Assembly: GCA_017886705.1 (NCBI GenBank)
Contig: JAGHJJ010000032.1
Coordinates: forward strand, 1 to 47,476
DNA length: 47,476 nucleotides
DNA from: Bacilli bacterium
GTDB taxonomy: Bacteria > Bacillota_I > Bacilli_A > RF39 > UBA660
Direction: 5' to 3'
The position numbers were made by a program, and so were the translations under genes. Shown here piece by piece: positions 19,061-28,328 of this stretch (positions are counted from its first letter, which is position 1; every line of letters starts with the position of its first letter). Below the pieces are notes generated by a model. That model was not told the origin of the DNA. It did no database searches and was given only the letters and a program-made list of their open reading frames with translations.

Positions 19061-20289
19061 TCACCATCACCTCGAATACTCTTCCCAACAATCATTCCTG
19101 ACATCCAAGCAAATCCCAAGTTATATCCTCCACAGTCACCATCGACGTCCAACACTTCCCCTACAAAATATAAATGAGGTATCTTTTTTGCTTCCAAACT
19201 AGAATTAACGGAAGATAATTTTACTCCACCAGCGCACACCTGTGCATAAGAAAAATCACGACAACCAGTAATCACAAGAGGAAACTCTAAAATATAAGTT
19301 AGCAATCTTTCTTTTTCATCATCAGTTAAACTAGACCACGTAGACGATTTAGAAATATGAGCCTGAGAAAGGATAACCATAAGTAATTTATAAGGAAGAA
19401 GACCTTCTAAGAAAGAAACCATAGAATAATCTCTCAGTTGTTCTCCTCTCTTAGAAAACCAAGAAGTAATATACTCTTTACTTTTATCTTTTAAAAATGG
19501 TAAAAACGATATCTTTAACTCCATTTTACTATATCGATATTCTAAACTAGCATATCTACTTAAATTAAAAATACAAATACCACTAACACCATAATCTGTA
19601 AGTTGTATCTCTCCTTCTTCTTTTCTAATAAACTCCCCATTTTGATATAAGGATACAAGACAAGCAGCTCTAACACCTGCCCAGGATTTCAAAAAATCGC
19701 CAGAAGTCTTTAGTGCCACCAAAGCTGGATGGACAATACTAACATCTAAACCAAATTTTTCAGCAAACAAATATCCAGACTCTCCCTCACTACTTTTCTT
19801 AAAACTAGCAAGAGAACCCGTTGCAATGACTAAATCATCAAAATACTCTTTTGTATCACCACTCACAACAACAAACTTCTCACCATCTCGGTAAATATCT
19901 ACAACCTCACTACCAAGAGAAAACATAACTCCCTTTTTACGAGATGCCACCTCTAACAAATCACGAATACTACTAGCTTGATTAGAATAAGGATAATAAT
20001 AACCATTACGAATATTAGGAACAACACCTAAAGAATCAAAAAAATCAATTACTTCCTTCTGTATCTTAGGTGTAATAATAGAAGGAAGTAAACTCTCTTC
20101 ACTACTATGATAATGACATAAATCCTGATCACTATTCCAATAATTACAGCGACCATTACCAGTTGTTAAAAGTTTTTTCAAAGGAATAATATTTTTATCA
20201 AACAAAACAACTTGTGTATCACTACTAGCGGCATGAATTCCACACATAACACCAGCAGCTCCTGCTCCAATAATTGCTACCTTTTTCAT
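19057..20289 (-). CDS. HI0933/YhiN-family flavoprotein (aminoacetone-oxidase-like)
   Basis: IIGAGAAGVMCG, TGNGRCN and the C-terminal GEVLDVDGDCGGYNL blocks are characteristic. Confidence 0.85.
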   Translation of the reverse strand: MKKVAIIGAGAAGVMCGIHAASSDTQVVLFDKNIIPLKKLLTTGNGRCNYWNSDQDLCHYHSSEESLLPSIITPKIQKEVIDFFDSLGVVPNIRNGYYYPYSNQASSIRDLLEVASRKKGVMFSLGSEVVDIYRDGEKFVVVSGDTKEYFDDLVIATGSLASFKKSSEGESGYLFAEKFGLDVSIVHPALVALKTSGDFLKSWAGVRAACLVSLYQNGEFIRKEEGEIQLTDYGVSGICIFNLSRYASLEYRYSKMELKISFLPFLKDKSKEYITSWFSKRGEQLRDYSMVSFLEGLLPYKLLMVILSQAHISKSSTWSSLTDDEKERLLTYILEFPLVITGCRDFSYAQVCAGGVKLSSVNSSLEAKKIPHLYFVGEVLDVDGDCGGYNLGFAWMSGMIVGKSIRGDGE

Positions 20290-20310
20290 AGTCCACCTAC
20301 TTCCATTAAT

Positions 20311-22308
20311 TTATATAGAATTAGAAGATGTTTTTTGAATTTCCATAACATGACCAGCTTTATGTAAATCCATATTCATCATAACCCGATTTTTTCTATC
20401 TATCAAATCATAATATACTCTAGTTGCTGGCGTATCTTCATGTTTACTTAATGAATCTTGCAAAGAATAAATTCTAAAGCCACTAAAAGTTTCATAATAA
20501 GTTCCAAATAAAGAATTTAACCCGTCAAAATTTTCCTGTCCAACAGTATCATAAATAAGCTCTATATTGCCATTCCTTCTACTTCTAATAATAGATTCTT
20601 GATTCTGTTCATAAAATTCTCTTACCAAAAACAAAGAATGTTCATAACTAGTAATATTTTTATACCGAGAATCTTTAGGGTCATCAAAAACAAAAACACC
20701 ATCATCATGCATCATTTTACAAATATCTTGGCTAATCAATTCGTTCATAATCTCATTAAATAACTCATAAGGTCTTTTTTCATCACTAATATGTACAGTT
20801 TCTGCAACATTCTTAGATTTTGCCATCGCTTCATTAAGTCTATCCCATCCTACAATAACACTATAATGATCATCATTAACATTATCTAAAAAAAGTTCAA
20901 ATAAATGATTTAACTCATGAACAATATCATGATCATTAAAATTACTATCATAATCCCCTTTTACAAGCAACAAAGATGACAAATCATAACCATTAGATGT
21001 TAAAGTAACATTAGGATTAAGAAAAGTTCCATGTTTTTTATAAATAGCAGCATCAAAACTATCATTTTTATCTAACAAATTTCTTTCTTCTATTTCCTGC
21101 CTTATCTTTTTATTTTCTGGTAAACTGTCAAAATACTCATTATGATATTGATTTAAAATTTCATCATGAGAATTCTGTAACTGCTCAATTCTTTCATAAG
21201 AAGGCCAAATTGCTTTCACTTCTTCTTTATCTAAATAATCTTCATAACGGTCTCCAAAATCTATTCCATTAGCTTTAAAATAAGATATTCTTTTATTCTT
21301 AGTCTCACTAACCAACCATGCTCTAGCATCCTTATTATGAAGCATCTCTTCATTTTCCTTAGAAAAAGCAAATAAGGAAATATCCCCAAATAAAGAATAA
21401 CCAAATACATCCTTAATATAAGAATTTAACTTATAAGAATTATTAGGATTTTCAAAAAACTCTTCTAAGCCATCCCTTTTATCAACAGGTATCAAATCAA
21501 GATTTTCTTGAATAAACTTTGCATAATATTTATCTCGTAATCCATAGTCTAAATTTTCTGCATCACTAACATAATCCGTATAAGATTGAAACTTACTCAT
21601 ATATAAAGAAAACTCATCAAGTGCACCTGCATATCTTTCCACCAACTGGTTTAAATCTAAAAACTTCGATTCTTGTAATTTCTCATTAAAATTATCCTGA
21701 GTAATAGAAGAATCAACTTTACTTAATAAGGGAAGCGAAGCTTGAAAAGCATCCAAGTATTTTTTTGTAATATTATTAGAATCAAAAACATAATCAAAAT
21801 TCCCCTTTAACCATAAAGGAAGTGAAGCATATTCATTTGGAATTTCCTGTTTTTGAACAATATCCATAAAATCATCAAAAGTTAATTCTGGTAAATATTT
21901 ATGAAATACCAAATACTTTTCCTGATAAAATTCATTTTTTCTACCATCTTCTCCTAATTGATATAATTTATAAAACTCTAAATACTTATGAATAGGCTGA
22001 AGACTACTATAAGTAAACTCATAATCAGAAAATAAATCCTCCTTCGTAAGAGAAACTGAACTATCTTTAAGTAAAGAATCGATAAGTTCATTAGATTTAC
22101 CTTTAGCAATTTTATTTAAAATTGTTTTTATTCTAGCTGGCTCCTGATGTCCTATAAAAAGACACTTACTAAATTTTTCTTCTATCTCTTCTCTAATACC
22201 TTCTCCATAAAACTTACTATAAAAACGAATAAAGTATTCTTTAAAAACATCAATATGATCTCTCAAATATTGATTAAAATCCAAAAACTTTAATAATCTA
22301 TCTTCCAT
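20311..22308 (-). CDS. large cytoplasmic protein with a single HExxH motif (putative gluzincin-like metallopeptidase, unknown family)
   Basis: HELNH is at nt 20905-20919. Candidate third ligands lie in ELFNEIMNE about 55 residues downstream. No signal peptide or TM helix. ATG at 22308 has an AGGTGA SD and overlaps the upstream gene by 11 nt. Confidence 0.6.
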   Translation of the reverse strand: MEDRLLKFLDFNQYLRDHIDVFKEYFIRFYSKFYGEGIREEIEEKFSKCLFIGHQEPARIKTILNKIAKGKSNELIDSLLKDSSVSLTKEDLFSDYEFTYSSLQPIHKYLEFYKLYQLGEDGRKNEFYQEKYLVFHKYLPELTFDDFMDIVQKQEIPNEYASLPLWLKGNFDYVFDSNNITKKYLDAFQASLPLLSKVDSSITQDNFNEKLQESKFLDLNQLVERYAGALDEFSLYMSKFQSYTDYVSDAENLDYGLRDKYYAKFIQENLDLIPVDKRDGLEEFFENPNNSYKLNSYIKDVFGYSLFGDISLFAFSKENEEMLHNKDARAWLVSETKNKRISYFKANGIDFGDRYEDYLDKEEVKAIWPSYERIEQLQNSHDEILNQYHNEYFDSLPENKKIRQEIEERNLLDKNDSFDAAIYKKHGTFLNPNVTLTSNGYDLSSLLLVKGDYDSNFNDHDIVHELNHLFELFLDNVNDDHYSVIVGWDRLNEAMAKSKNVAETVHISDEKRPYELFNEIMNELISQDICKMMHDDGVFVFDDPKDSRYKNITSYEHSLFLVREFYEQNQESIIRSRRNGNIELIYDTVGQENFDGLNSLFGTYYETFSGFRIYSLQDSLSKHEDTPATRVYYDLIDRKNRVMMNMDLHKAGHVMEIQKTSSNSI

Positions 22309-22609
22309 AAATATCACCTAACAACCTCTTAAAGATGGCATAATTAGCTGGAAAAACGCCCTTGCCATGATAAACATCTTCTACTCCTTGAGAATACACC
22401 TTAATAGTAAACTCTTCTGCATCTATTTGCTGTGAACTACCATATTCATTTTTAAAAGTATAAAGTATATCTTTTAATTGCTTTAAAAACAAATCATCTA
22501 CTGAATATTTTTTATCATTTATATAACATATCTTATCTTGATAAACAACAAGAGCACTAACTTGAGGAAGAATTCCATTACTAATATTTATCTCTATCAT
22601 ATCAATCAT
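22298..22609 (-). CDS. small hypothetical protein translationally coupled to the HExxH protein
   Basis: ATG at 22609 has an AGGTGA SD. Its stop lies inside the start region of the next gene. Confidence 0.5.
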   Translation of the reverse strand: MIDMIEINISNGILPQVSALVVYQDKICYINDKKYSVDDLFLKQLKDILYTFKNEYGSSQQIDAEEFTIKVYSQGVEDVYHGKGVFPANYAIFKRLLGDIYGR

Positions 22610-22692
22610 TTTATCACCTATCATTATAATATCACAACTTAATAAAAATGAAAAATAAATATCTCACCAAAAAAAAGGAACAAATAAGTTCC

Positions 22693-24456
22693 TTAATTTT
22701 TTAGCCTTCTATTGTTAAAATAAATCACACTACTTACAATTCCAAATATACAACATCCTGCAAAGAATAGATAATATATTAAAATATCAGCAGTATTAGG
22801 ATTTCCTTCCGCAACCGGTGGAATATCTGATACACTTTGTCTAAAATATCTGGCCGGTCTTAATAAAGTATAAAAATCTTCTCCTATGATAGTCTGTAAA
22901 ATATTATTTATTGTATTTGAATCAGCAATCTCTACTAATGTTCCATTTTCCATTGTTATCAATTTATGATCTAAATATAAATATGTCTTCTCTTCATTTC
23001 CTGTAAAAGATATTAAGATATCTCCATCCATAAGATAATCTTCTCTTACTTCTTTAATAACCCCAGAATTATATTGAACTACAGTCTTAGTACCAGCATA
23101 CATATTATGTACCTGCAATTTTTTTATGAGTTGTTCTTCTTCAGTAAGTTGAGCATCATCTTGCTTCAAATAGTAAAAATCAATATTAGAAGATGTCTTA
23201 GCAGTATCAAAAAGGGCTTTATGTATATCTTTAACACGATACGAAGAAATATCAATTCCTACATCTCGATAAACAGATTTTAAAAATTCATTCATATCAC
23301 TACTACTTTGATACTTACTATAACCTGACCTAAGTAATGTTAACTGTTCTTCTGTAAAAACAGTATCTACAGGAATTTTAATTGTCTTTGCTAAAATACC
23401 TCCAACAAAAGTTTGACCACTAACAATATCTTTACCATACAAACTAGAATCTTGATTTACCTTTACACGATAAGAAACTATTTTTTCCTCTCCTGCCCCT
23501 AAAGAAAGATTACCAATAATTTTCCCATCTTGTTGTATAGAAAAATCATTAGAAAGTCCAGCTACATAAGTAGTATTAATAGGGATTTGATCTTGATAGC
23601 TAACAGTATAAGGTACAGAAGAATTATTCTTTATCTTAACTGTATATTCAATTTCATCTCCAATATCAACAGCTTGTAATTCTGTAACACTAGAAGTCTT
23701 GTCGATACTAAGTCCAGGATATTGCATTCTTTTAGTAGTATCCTCAGTAATTGGATAAGCGTCATCACTAGCTACATTTAAAGGGCGTAAAATAGTATAA
23801 CGATCGCTATAATTCGTATTTAACATAATTTTTAATCTATCATCCAAATTAGCTTCTCCAATAGTACCATTTTCTTCATATTTTTCTTGCTTATTATTCC
23901 AATCAAAATTATATCCAAACGAATGAAGAATAGTATTATTACCAACATACAACATAGCATGCCCAGCCCGTTTTTTATCAGAATAATAAACCAATACATC
24001 TCCTGGCTGTAAAATCGATTTAATCTGATTCATTACATCAGTAACATTAATAGAATCTGTAACATCACCACGATTAACTACAATATCTCCAGTTAACGCA
24101 ACCATATTCTGAGTAACGCATTGTCTTGGTTGACCAACTAATTGATAATTAATAGCTTCTTTATAAACATTATAGACAAAAGAACTACATACAAAAAACA
24201 AAGTATTCTGAGAAGTAGCATCCTCTGGTGGAACCATATAGCTCCCTCGAAAAGAAGAAACATCAAACCCTTTATCTTTTACATTAACGCGAGTAAAATT
24301 ACTGCCATCATATTGAATCATTTTCCCTTTATAATAATAAGAAGATGCTGTTTCCACCACTGCCTTTTGTCTTTCTTCTAAACTAGCAGCAGAAACATCC
24401 AAAAAGGAAAAAATAGAGCAAAACAATACACCAACAAAAATAAACTTTTTAACCAT
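22693..24456 (-). CDS. secreted NlpC/P60-like cysteine peptidase with DUF11-type repeat domain and C-terminal sorting-signal-like anchor
   Basis: Signal peptide ending VSAAS. Cys (FFVCSSFVYN) and His (AGHAMLYVGNNTILHS) are arranged as in NlpC/P60. A DUF11-like block follows (GDEIEYTVKIKNNSSVPYTVSYQDQIP). The C-terminus is NPNTA, then a hydrophobic stretch, then RRLKN. Confidence 0.75.
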   Translation of the reverse strand: MVKKFIFVGVLFCSIFSFLDVSAASLEERQKAVVETASSYYYKGKMIQYDGSNFTRVNVKDKGFDVSSFRGSYMVPPEDATSQNTLFFVCSSFVYNVYKEAINYQLVGQPRQCVTQNMVALTGDIVVNRGDVTDSINVTDVMNQIKSILQPGDVLVYYSDKKRAGHAMLYVGNNTILHSFGYNFDWNNKQEKYEENGTIGEANLDDRLKIMLNTNYSDRYTILRPLNVASDDAYPITEDTTKRMQYPGLSIDKTSSVTELQAVDIGDEIEYTVKIKNNSSVPYTVSYQDQIPINTTYVAGLSNDFSIQQDGKIIGNLSLGAGEEKIVSYRVKVNQDSSLYGKDIVSGQTFVGGILAKTIKIPVDTVFTEEQLTLLRSGYSKYQSSSDMNEFLKSVYRDVGIDISSYRVKDIHKALFDTAKTSSNIDFYYLKQDDAQLTEEEQLIKKLQVHNMYAGTKTVVQYNSGVIKEVREDYLMDGDILISFTGNEEKTYLYLDHKLITMENGTLVEIADSNTINNILQTIIGEDFYTLLRPARYFRQSVSDIPPVAEGNPNTADILIYYLFFAGCCIFGIVSSVIYFNNRRLKN

Positions 24457-24567
24457 ACAACTATCCTCTACTTTCTACTTAAAAGAGTAAAATAAAACCT
24501 AGGAAAAGTCAATTATAATTAAAAAAAAATAAATTAGTTGACAAAAAATATCAGAACCTTTAAATAT

Positions 24568-24726
24568 TTAAAACATAAATATAACCATCATAAAGATAAC
24601 AAAAATAATAATAATACTAATCAATCCTAAAATAAGAACTAGTACCCCTTGTTCTTCGTAACAATAAGGACATTCCTTAGTAAACAAATCTATTTCTTTT
24701 TTACAAAAACTACATCTTTTTTTCAT
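24568..24726 (-). CDS. 52-aa zinc-ribbon membrane miniprotein (not in ORF track)
   Basis: My translation is MKKRCSFCKKEIDLFTKECPYCYEEQGVLVLILGLISIIIIFVIFMMVIFMF. It has CxxC-N11-CxxC and then a TM helix. An AGGTGG SD lies 8 nt upstream of the ATG. Confidence 0.5.
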   Translation of the reverse strand: MKKRCSFCKKEIDLFTKECPYCYEEQGVLVLILGLISIIIIFVIFMMVIFMF

Positions 24727-24869
24727 ATTTTTTACCACCTATCGACAATAAAAACGCCAGCAAAGACTATAAAAAGCCTATACTAGCGCTTTTAGTAAAA
24801 ATAGTATAACATAAAACCAATCATCTGTATACCCTAAATATGGAAAAATGTAAATTAAAAGATTACATA

Positions 24870-25709
24870 TTAACCAATACTGACATCTCCCATATCACTT
24901 TCAACAGTTAATACATATGCTGCTTCTCTATTATTATTTTTAATTTCAACATCCCCTAAATCCGTTGTAGCATCTACATAAGCATTAGTAATACTAGTAA
25001 TTTCTAAATCTCCTAAGGAAAGAATTATCTTAGAATCTTTAACCAAATTTAACTTCTCTATAGATACATTTCCCATTTCACTGTCAATTGACACTTTTTC
25101 TGTAACATTAGCAACTTCAATATCCCCCATATCTTGTGTAACAGTTAACTTACAAACATCACCAATAGAAACATCTCCCATTTCACTAGCAATAGATAAA
25201 CTATTTGCTTGAGTAACAGAAATATCTCCCATATTAGCATTAATATCAAAATTAGCATTAGAAAAATCTAAAACAGAAACATCTCCATAATCAGTCGCAA
25301 GAAAAACCTCTATATTACTAGTATCAGGAAGATAGATACGAACCAAATCTCTAGACTTAGGAAATGAAAAATGAAATCCTTCTTCTTCTGAAAAAATAAT
25401 AGATAAACGACTCTTTGTATCATCAATATCAAACAATTCATAATCACTATAAATAGCTACATGAACACGACTATCATTAGAAGGTAATACTTCAATATTA
25501 CCAACACTAACATCTACGGAAATCTCTTGAAAATTAATATCATATACTTCTTCAAATGCCAAGTTTTCACTCACTTTAGAAGTGCCAAAATTAAAGTTCC
25601 AAATAGGAAGTACACCACATAGAACAGCTATCATAAATCCAAGTAACAACATGCAAAGAATAGATAATAATATAATAAGTACTATAGTTTTAGTTTTATT
25701 AGTCTTCAT
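24870..25709 (-). CDS. DUF4097-type beta-helical repeat protein with N-terminal TM anchor
   Basis: Repeated MGD[VI]S[IV] / LGDVEI strands. The start overlaps the upstream XRE gene by 11 nt. Confidence 0.7.
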   Translation of the reverse strand: MKTNKTKTIVLIILLSILCMLLLGFMIAVLCGVLPIWNFNFGTSKVSENLAFEEVYDINFQEISVDVSVGNIEVLPSNDSRVHVAIYSDYELFDIDDTKSRLSIIFSEEEGFHFSFPKSRDLVRIYLPDTSNIEVFLATDYGDVSVLDFSNANFDINANMGDISVTQANSLSIASEMGDVSIGDVCKLTVTQDMGDIEVANVTEKVSIDSEMGNVSIEKLNLVKDSKIILSLGDLEITSITNAYVDATTDLGDVEIKNNNREAAYVLTVESDMGDVSIG

Positions 25710-26373
25710 CCCGAACTTCCACTCCTTTCAAAGAAAAACACAATTTAATAATCTCTGTAAGGAGTGCATAAACAATCCATAAAATCCAAGTAATAAACCA
25801 TGCCATAGTTAAAATACTAGCTATAAGATAGATTACTAAAACAAATAACGCAAGTACACTCGTAATCTGCTTATATAATTTCTCTTCTCTAGACAATACT
25901 CTCTTTTCTTTTTCCTTCACTTCTTTACTAGGCCTCATCATCTCTATATAAACTAATAATCCTGTCGCAATAGCAATCACAACAAAGAAAATACACACAC
26001 CAACAATCGGACTACGTAAAACAACAGAAAAGAAAATAATCACCACAATAGAAAAAATATATAACACAACAGCAATCGTAGTAAATAAAGCTCTCTTATG
26101 AGTATGTTCTATAGGATAAGTATGTTCTATAGAATAAGTATCTTCTACAGTATCTATTTCTCCATCTACAGAAACAACACCATCTTTAAACAATTCATCA
26201 GTTGATATCTCATACAAATCACAAATAGGAACAACTTTATCAAAATCAGGCATACTCTGATTAGTTTCCCATTTGGAAATTGTCTGTCGTGTAACATGTA
26301 ATATATCCGCAACTTCTTCTTGAGACAATCCTTTCTTTTTTCGTAAACTTAGTAATTTCTCGCCCAAATTCAT
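25699..26373 (-). CDS. XRE-family HTH regulator fused to a multi-TM membrane domain
   Basis: The N-terminus LGEKLLSLRKKKGLSQEEVADILHVTRQTISKWETNQSMPD is a Cro/C1-type HTH. Four predicted TM helices follow. ATG at 26373 has an AGGTGA SD. Confidence 0.8.
   Translation of the reverse strand: MNLGEKLLSLRKKKGLSQEEVADILHVTRQTISKWETNQSMPDFDKVVPICDLYEISTDELFKDGVVSVDGEIDTVEDTYSIEHTYPIEHTHKRALFTTIAVVLYIFSIVVIIFFSVVLRSPIVGVCIFFVVIAIATGLLVYIEMMRPSKEVKEKEKRVLSREEKLYKQITSVLALFVLVIYLIASILTMAWFITWILWIVYALLTEIIKLCFSLKGVEVRDED
26101..26154 (-). repeat. three tandem degenerate 18-nt repeats inside the XRE-TM gene
   Basis: Units agtatgttctataggata, agtatgttctatagaata and agtatcttctacagtatc. They encode the hexapeptide repeats DTVEDT/YSIEHT/YPIEHT in the linker. 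Confidence 0.6.
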
Positions 26374-26503
26374 TTCTTTCACCTCATAATCATTATAATA
26401 AATATTCCAGTTGCATACTACCAAAACAACATGGAATTTTGTCAACTATACTTAACAAAAAGAAAAAAGCTCCAAAAAGAGCTATAAATACACCTAAAAA
26501 ATT

Positions 26504-27085
26504 TCATCTATGAGAACTATTATCTTCAGAAAGAACTTCTATATGAGAAAATTCTTCCTCACTAAGAAAACTATCTACACCAGAAGAGTCATCTTCGTCT
26601 TGCATATCCCATTTAATCTTTTTCTTCAAGAAAGTAATATTACGAAATACTATAAATACACCAACCAGTAAAAATAACAATCCTAAAACTAAAAAAACCC
26701 AAGGAAACTTTCCTAAATTAAATGTATATTCATCAGGATTATCAGGATTATATCGAATCTGAAATTCTGAGCCTTCATCTAAATTTTTAGGAAGGCCTAC
26801 AACCTTATCATGATAATAATATTCTCCATAAATAGTATAGGAAAAGTTATACTCATCAACACCCTTAACAACCTCATGAGATTCAACCAACGCAGTAGTA
26901 GAAGGATAAGAATGCTCTTTTATAAACGTTTGAATGGATTTGACAGCAAAATTTAAAACAACAATACCAATGATAAGAAAAAGTACTCCTCCTAAAATCC
27001 ATAAAATATTTTTCTTTGATTCTTGAATAATTACTTTAAAAGAAGTTGTCTCGTTCCCGTCACGTTTCATATTTCTAAAATTCAT
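26504..27085 (-). CDS. DUF3592-like membrane protein
   Basis: TM helix, beta-rich domain, TM helix. The block EFQIRYNPDNPDEY fits that family. The C-terminal tail is acidic. Confidence 0.55.
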   Translation of the reverse strand: MNFRNMKRDGNETTSFKVIIQESKKNILWILGGVLFLIIGIVVLNFAVKSIQTFIKEHSYPSTTALVESHEVVKGVDEYNFSYTIYGEYYYHDKVVGLPKNLDEGSEFQIRYNPDNPDEYTFNLGKFPWVFLVLGLLFLLVGVFIVFRNITFLKKKIKWDMQDEDDSSGVDSFLSEEEFSHIEVLSEDNSSHR

Positions 27086-27147
27086 ACTTTCACTCCTTTA
27101 TTAGATTGTAACATATGAAAGTAACAAAAATGAAAACTTCTTGTATT

Positions 27148-27714
27148 TTATGATGTAGTTGACACCATATTTAACTTTTGAATAATTCTCTGAAATACAG
27201 GAATAGTAAAAAACACAATATTTTCATAATCAAGTTCATCCAAAGAAATCCACTTTACACCTGCACTTTCTTCTTCACGATAACAAAGAAGAAGACTATC
27301 ATCTGCTTCTACCAAATAAATAACATCAAAATGTATATGAGAAGAAACATAGCATCCACGTTTAACATGACCGACAATAGGACAAGAAGAAATAGCAAAA
27401 ATAGAAGAATCTAACACTTTTGCCTTTAATCCCGTTTCCTCTTCTACTTCCCGAAGAGCAACACTAAGTAAATCCTCACATCCATCAGCATGACCTCCAG
27501 GATATACCCAGCCTTTATATATATTATGATAAACAACCAGTACTTTATCTCTAGCCTTATTAACAACAAAACAAGAAGCAGAAAAATGACCAAATTCATT
27601 TTCTCTAGTTAAAACATCAGAAAAAGTATCAATAAAACGAAGAAAATGCTCTTTTTCTTTTTTCTCCACTTCATCAAAGGGAACAAACTCCTCAATCTCT
27701 TGTCTAAGCATCAT
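27148..27714 (-). CDS. NUDIX hydrolase
   Basis: Nudix box GGHADGCEDLLSVALREVEEETGL. ATG at 27714 has an AGGAGTG SD. Confidence 0.8.
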   Translation of the reverse strand: MMLRQEIEEFVPFDEVEKKEKEHFLRFIDTFSDVLTRENEFGHFSASCFVVNKARDKVLVVYHNIYKGWVYPGGHADGCEDLLSVALREVEEETGLKAKVLDSSIFAISSCPIVGHVKRGCYVSSHIHFDVIYLVEADDSLLLCYREEESAGVKWISLDELDYENIVFFTIPVFQRIIQKLNMVSTTS

Positions 27715-27729
27715 AATCACTCCTAACTT

Positions 27730-28278
27730 CTATAAACAAGAAAGAATTTCTCTAAACTCTAAATATCCGCTTTTTTCATTAAAATGACCTGCACCAGAAA
27801 CAAATTTTTCTCTAGCACAAATACTATCACAAAAACTTTTTAAATTATCATAGGAAACATAAGGATCATTATCAGAAACAAAACTAATTCTCTCATCACA
27901 AATAGAAGAAAAAATAGAAAGTGCTTCCCAATCTAAATAAAATGACTCATATAAAGAAATATCATCAGAAAACACCACCAGATTAAATCCAGACACGGTA
28001 ATAAGTTTCTTTATCTTAATATTTTTCTCTAACAAAAACTTAATAATAAAAATAGAACCTAAACTATGAGTAATAAACACAGTATCAGAATTAATACAAC
28101 CAATATCTAAATAACTAGATAAAATATGACTCCAACTATCATACGTTTGAAACTCTAAACTAGGAAAATGTGGAACAATACATAATCTACCCTTCTTACT
28201 TAGTTGCCTTTTTAACCAAGGAATAAAATTCTTATAAGGATTACCATAAGAGCCATGAATAATAAAATAGTTTTCCAT
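27730..28278 (-). CDS. YdeN/RBBP9-like alpha/beta serine hydrolase
   Basis: FIIHGSYGNP and the nucleophile elbow THSLGS. About 180 aa. I placed the start at MENYFIIHG. Confidence 0.65.
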   Translation of the reverse strand: MENYFIIHGSYGNPYKNFIPWLKRQLSKKGRLCIVPHFPSLEFQTYDSWSHILSSYLDIGCINSDTVFITHSLGSIFIIKFLLEKNIKIKKLITVSGFNLVVFSDDISLYESFYLDWEALSIFSSICDERISFVSDNDPYVSYDNLKSFCDSICAREKFVSGAGHFNEKSGYLEFREILSCL

Positions 28279-28328
28279 AAAACACCTGACCTCTAACATT
28301 AGTATAACATACCAAAAGAAAAACTCGT

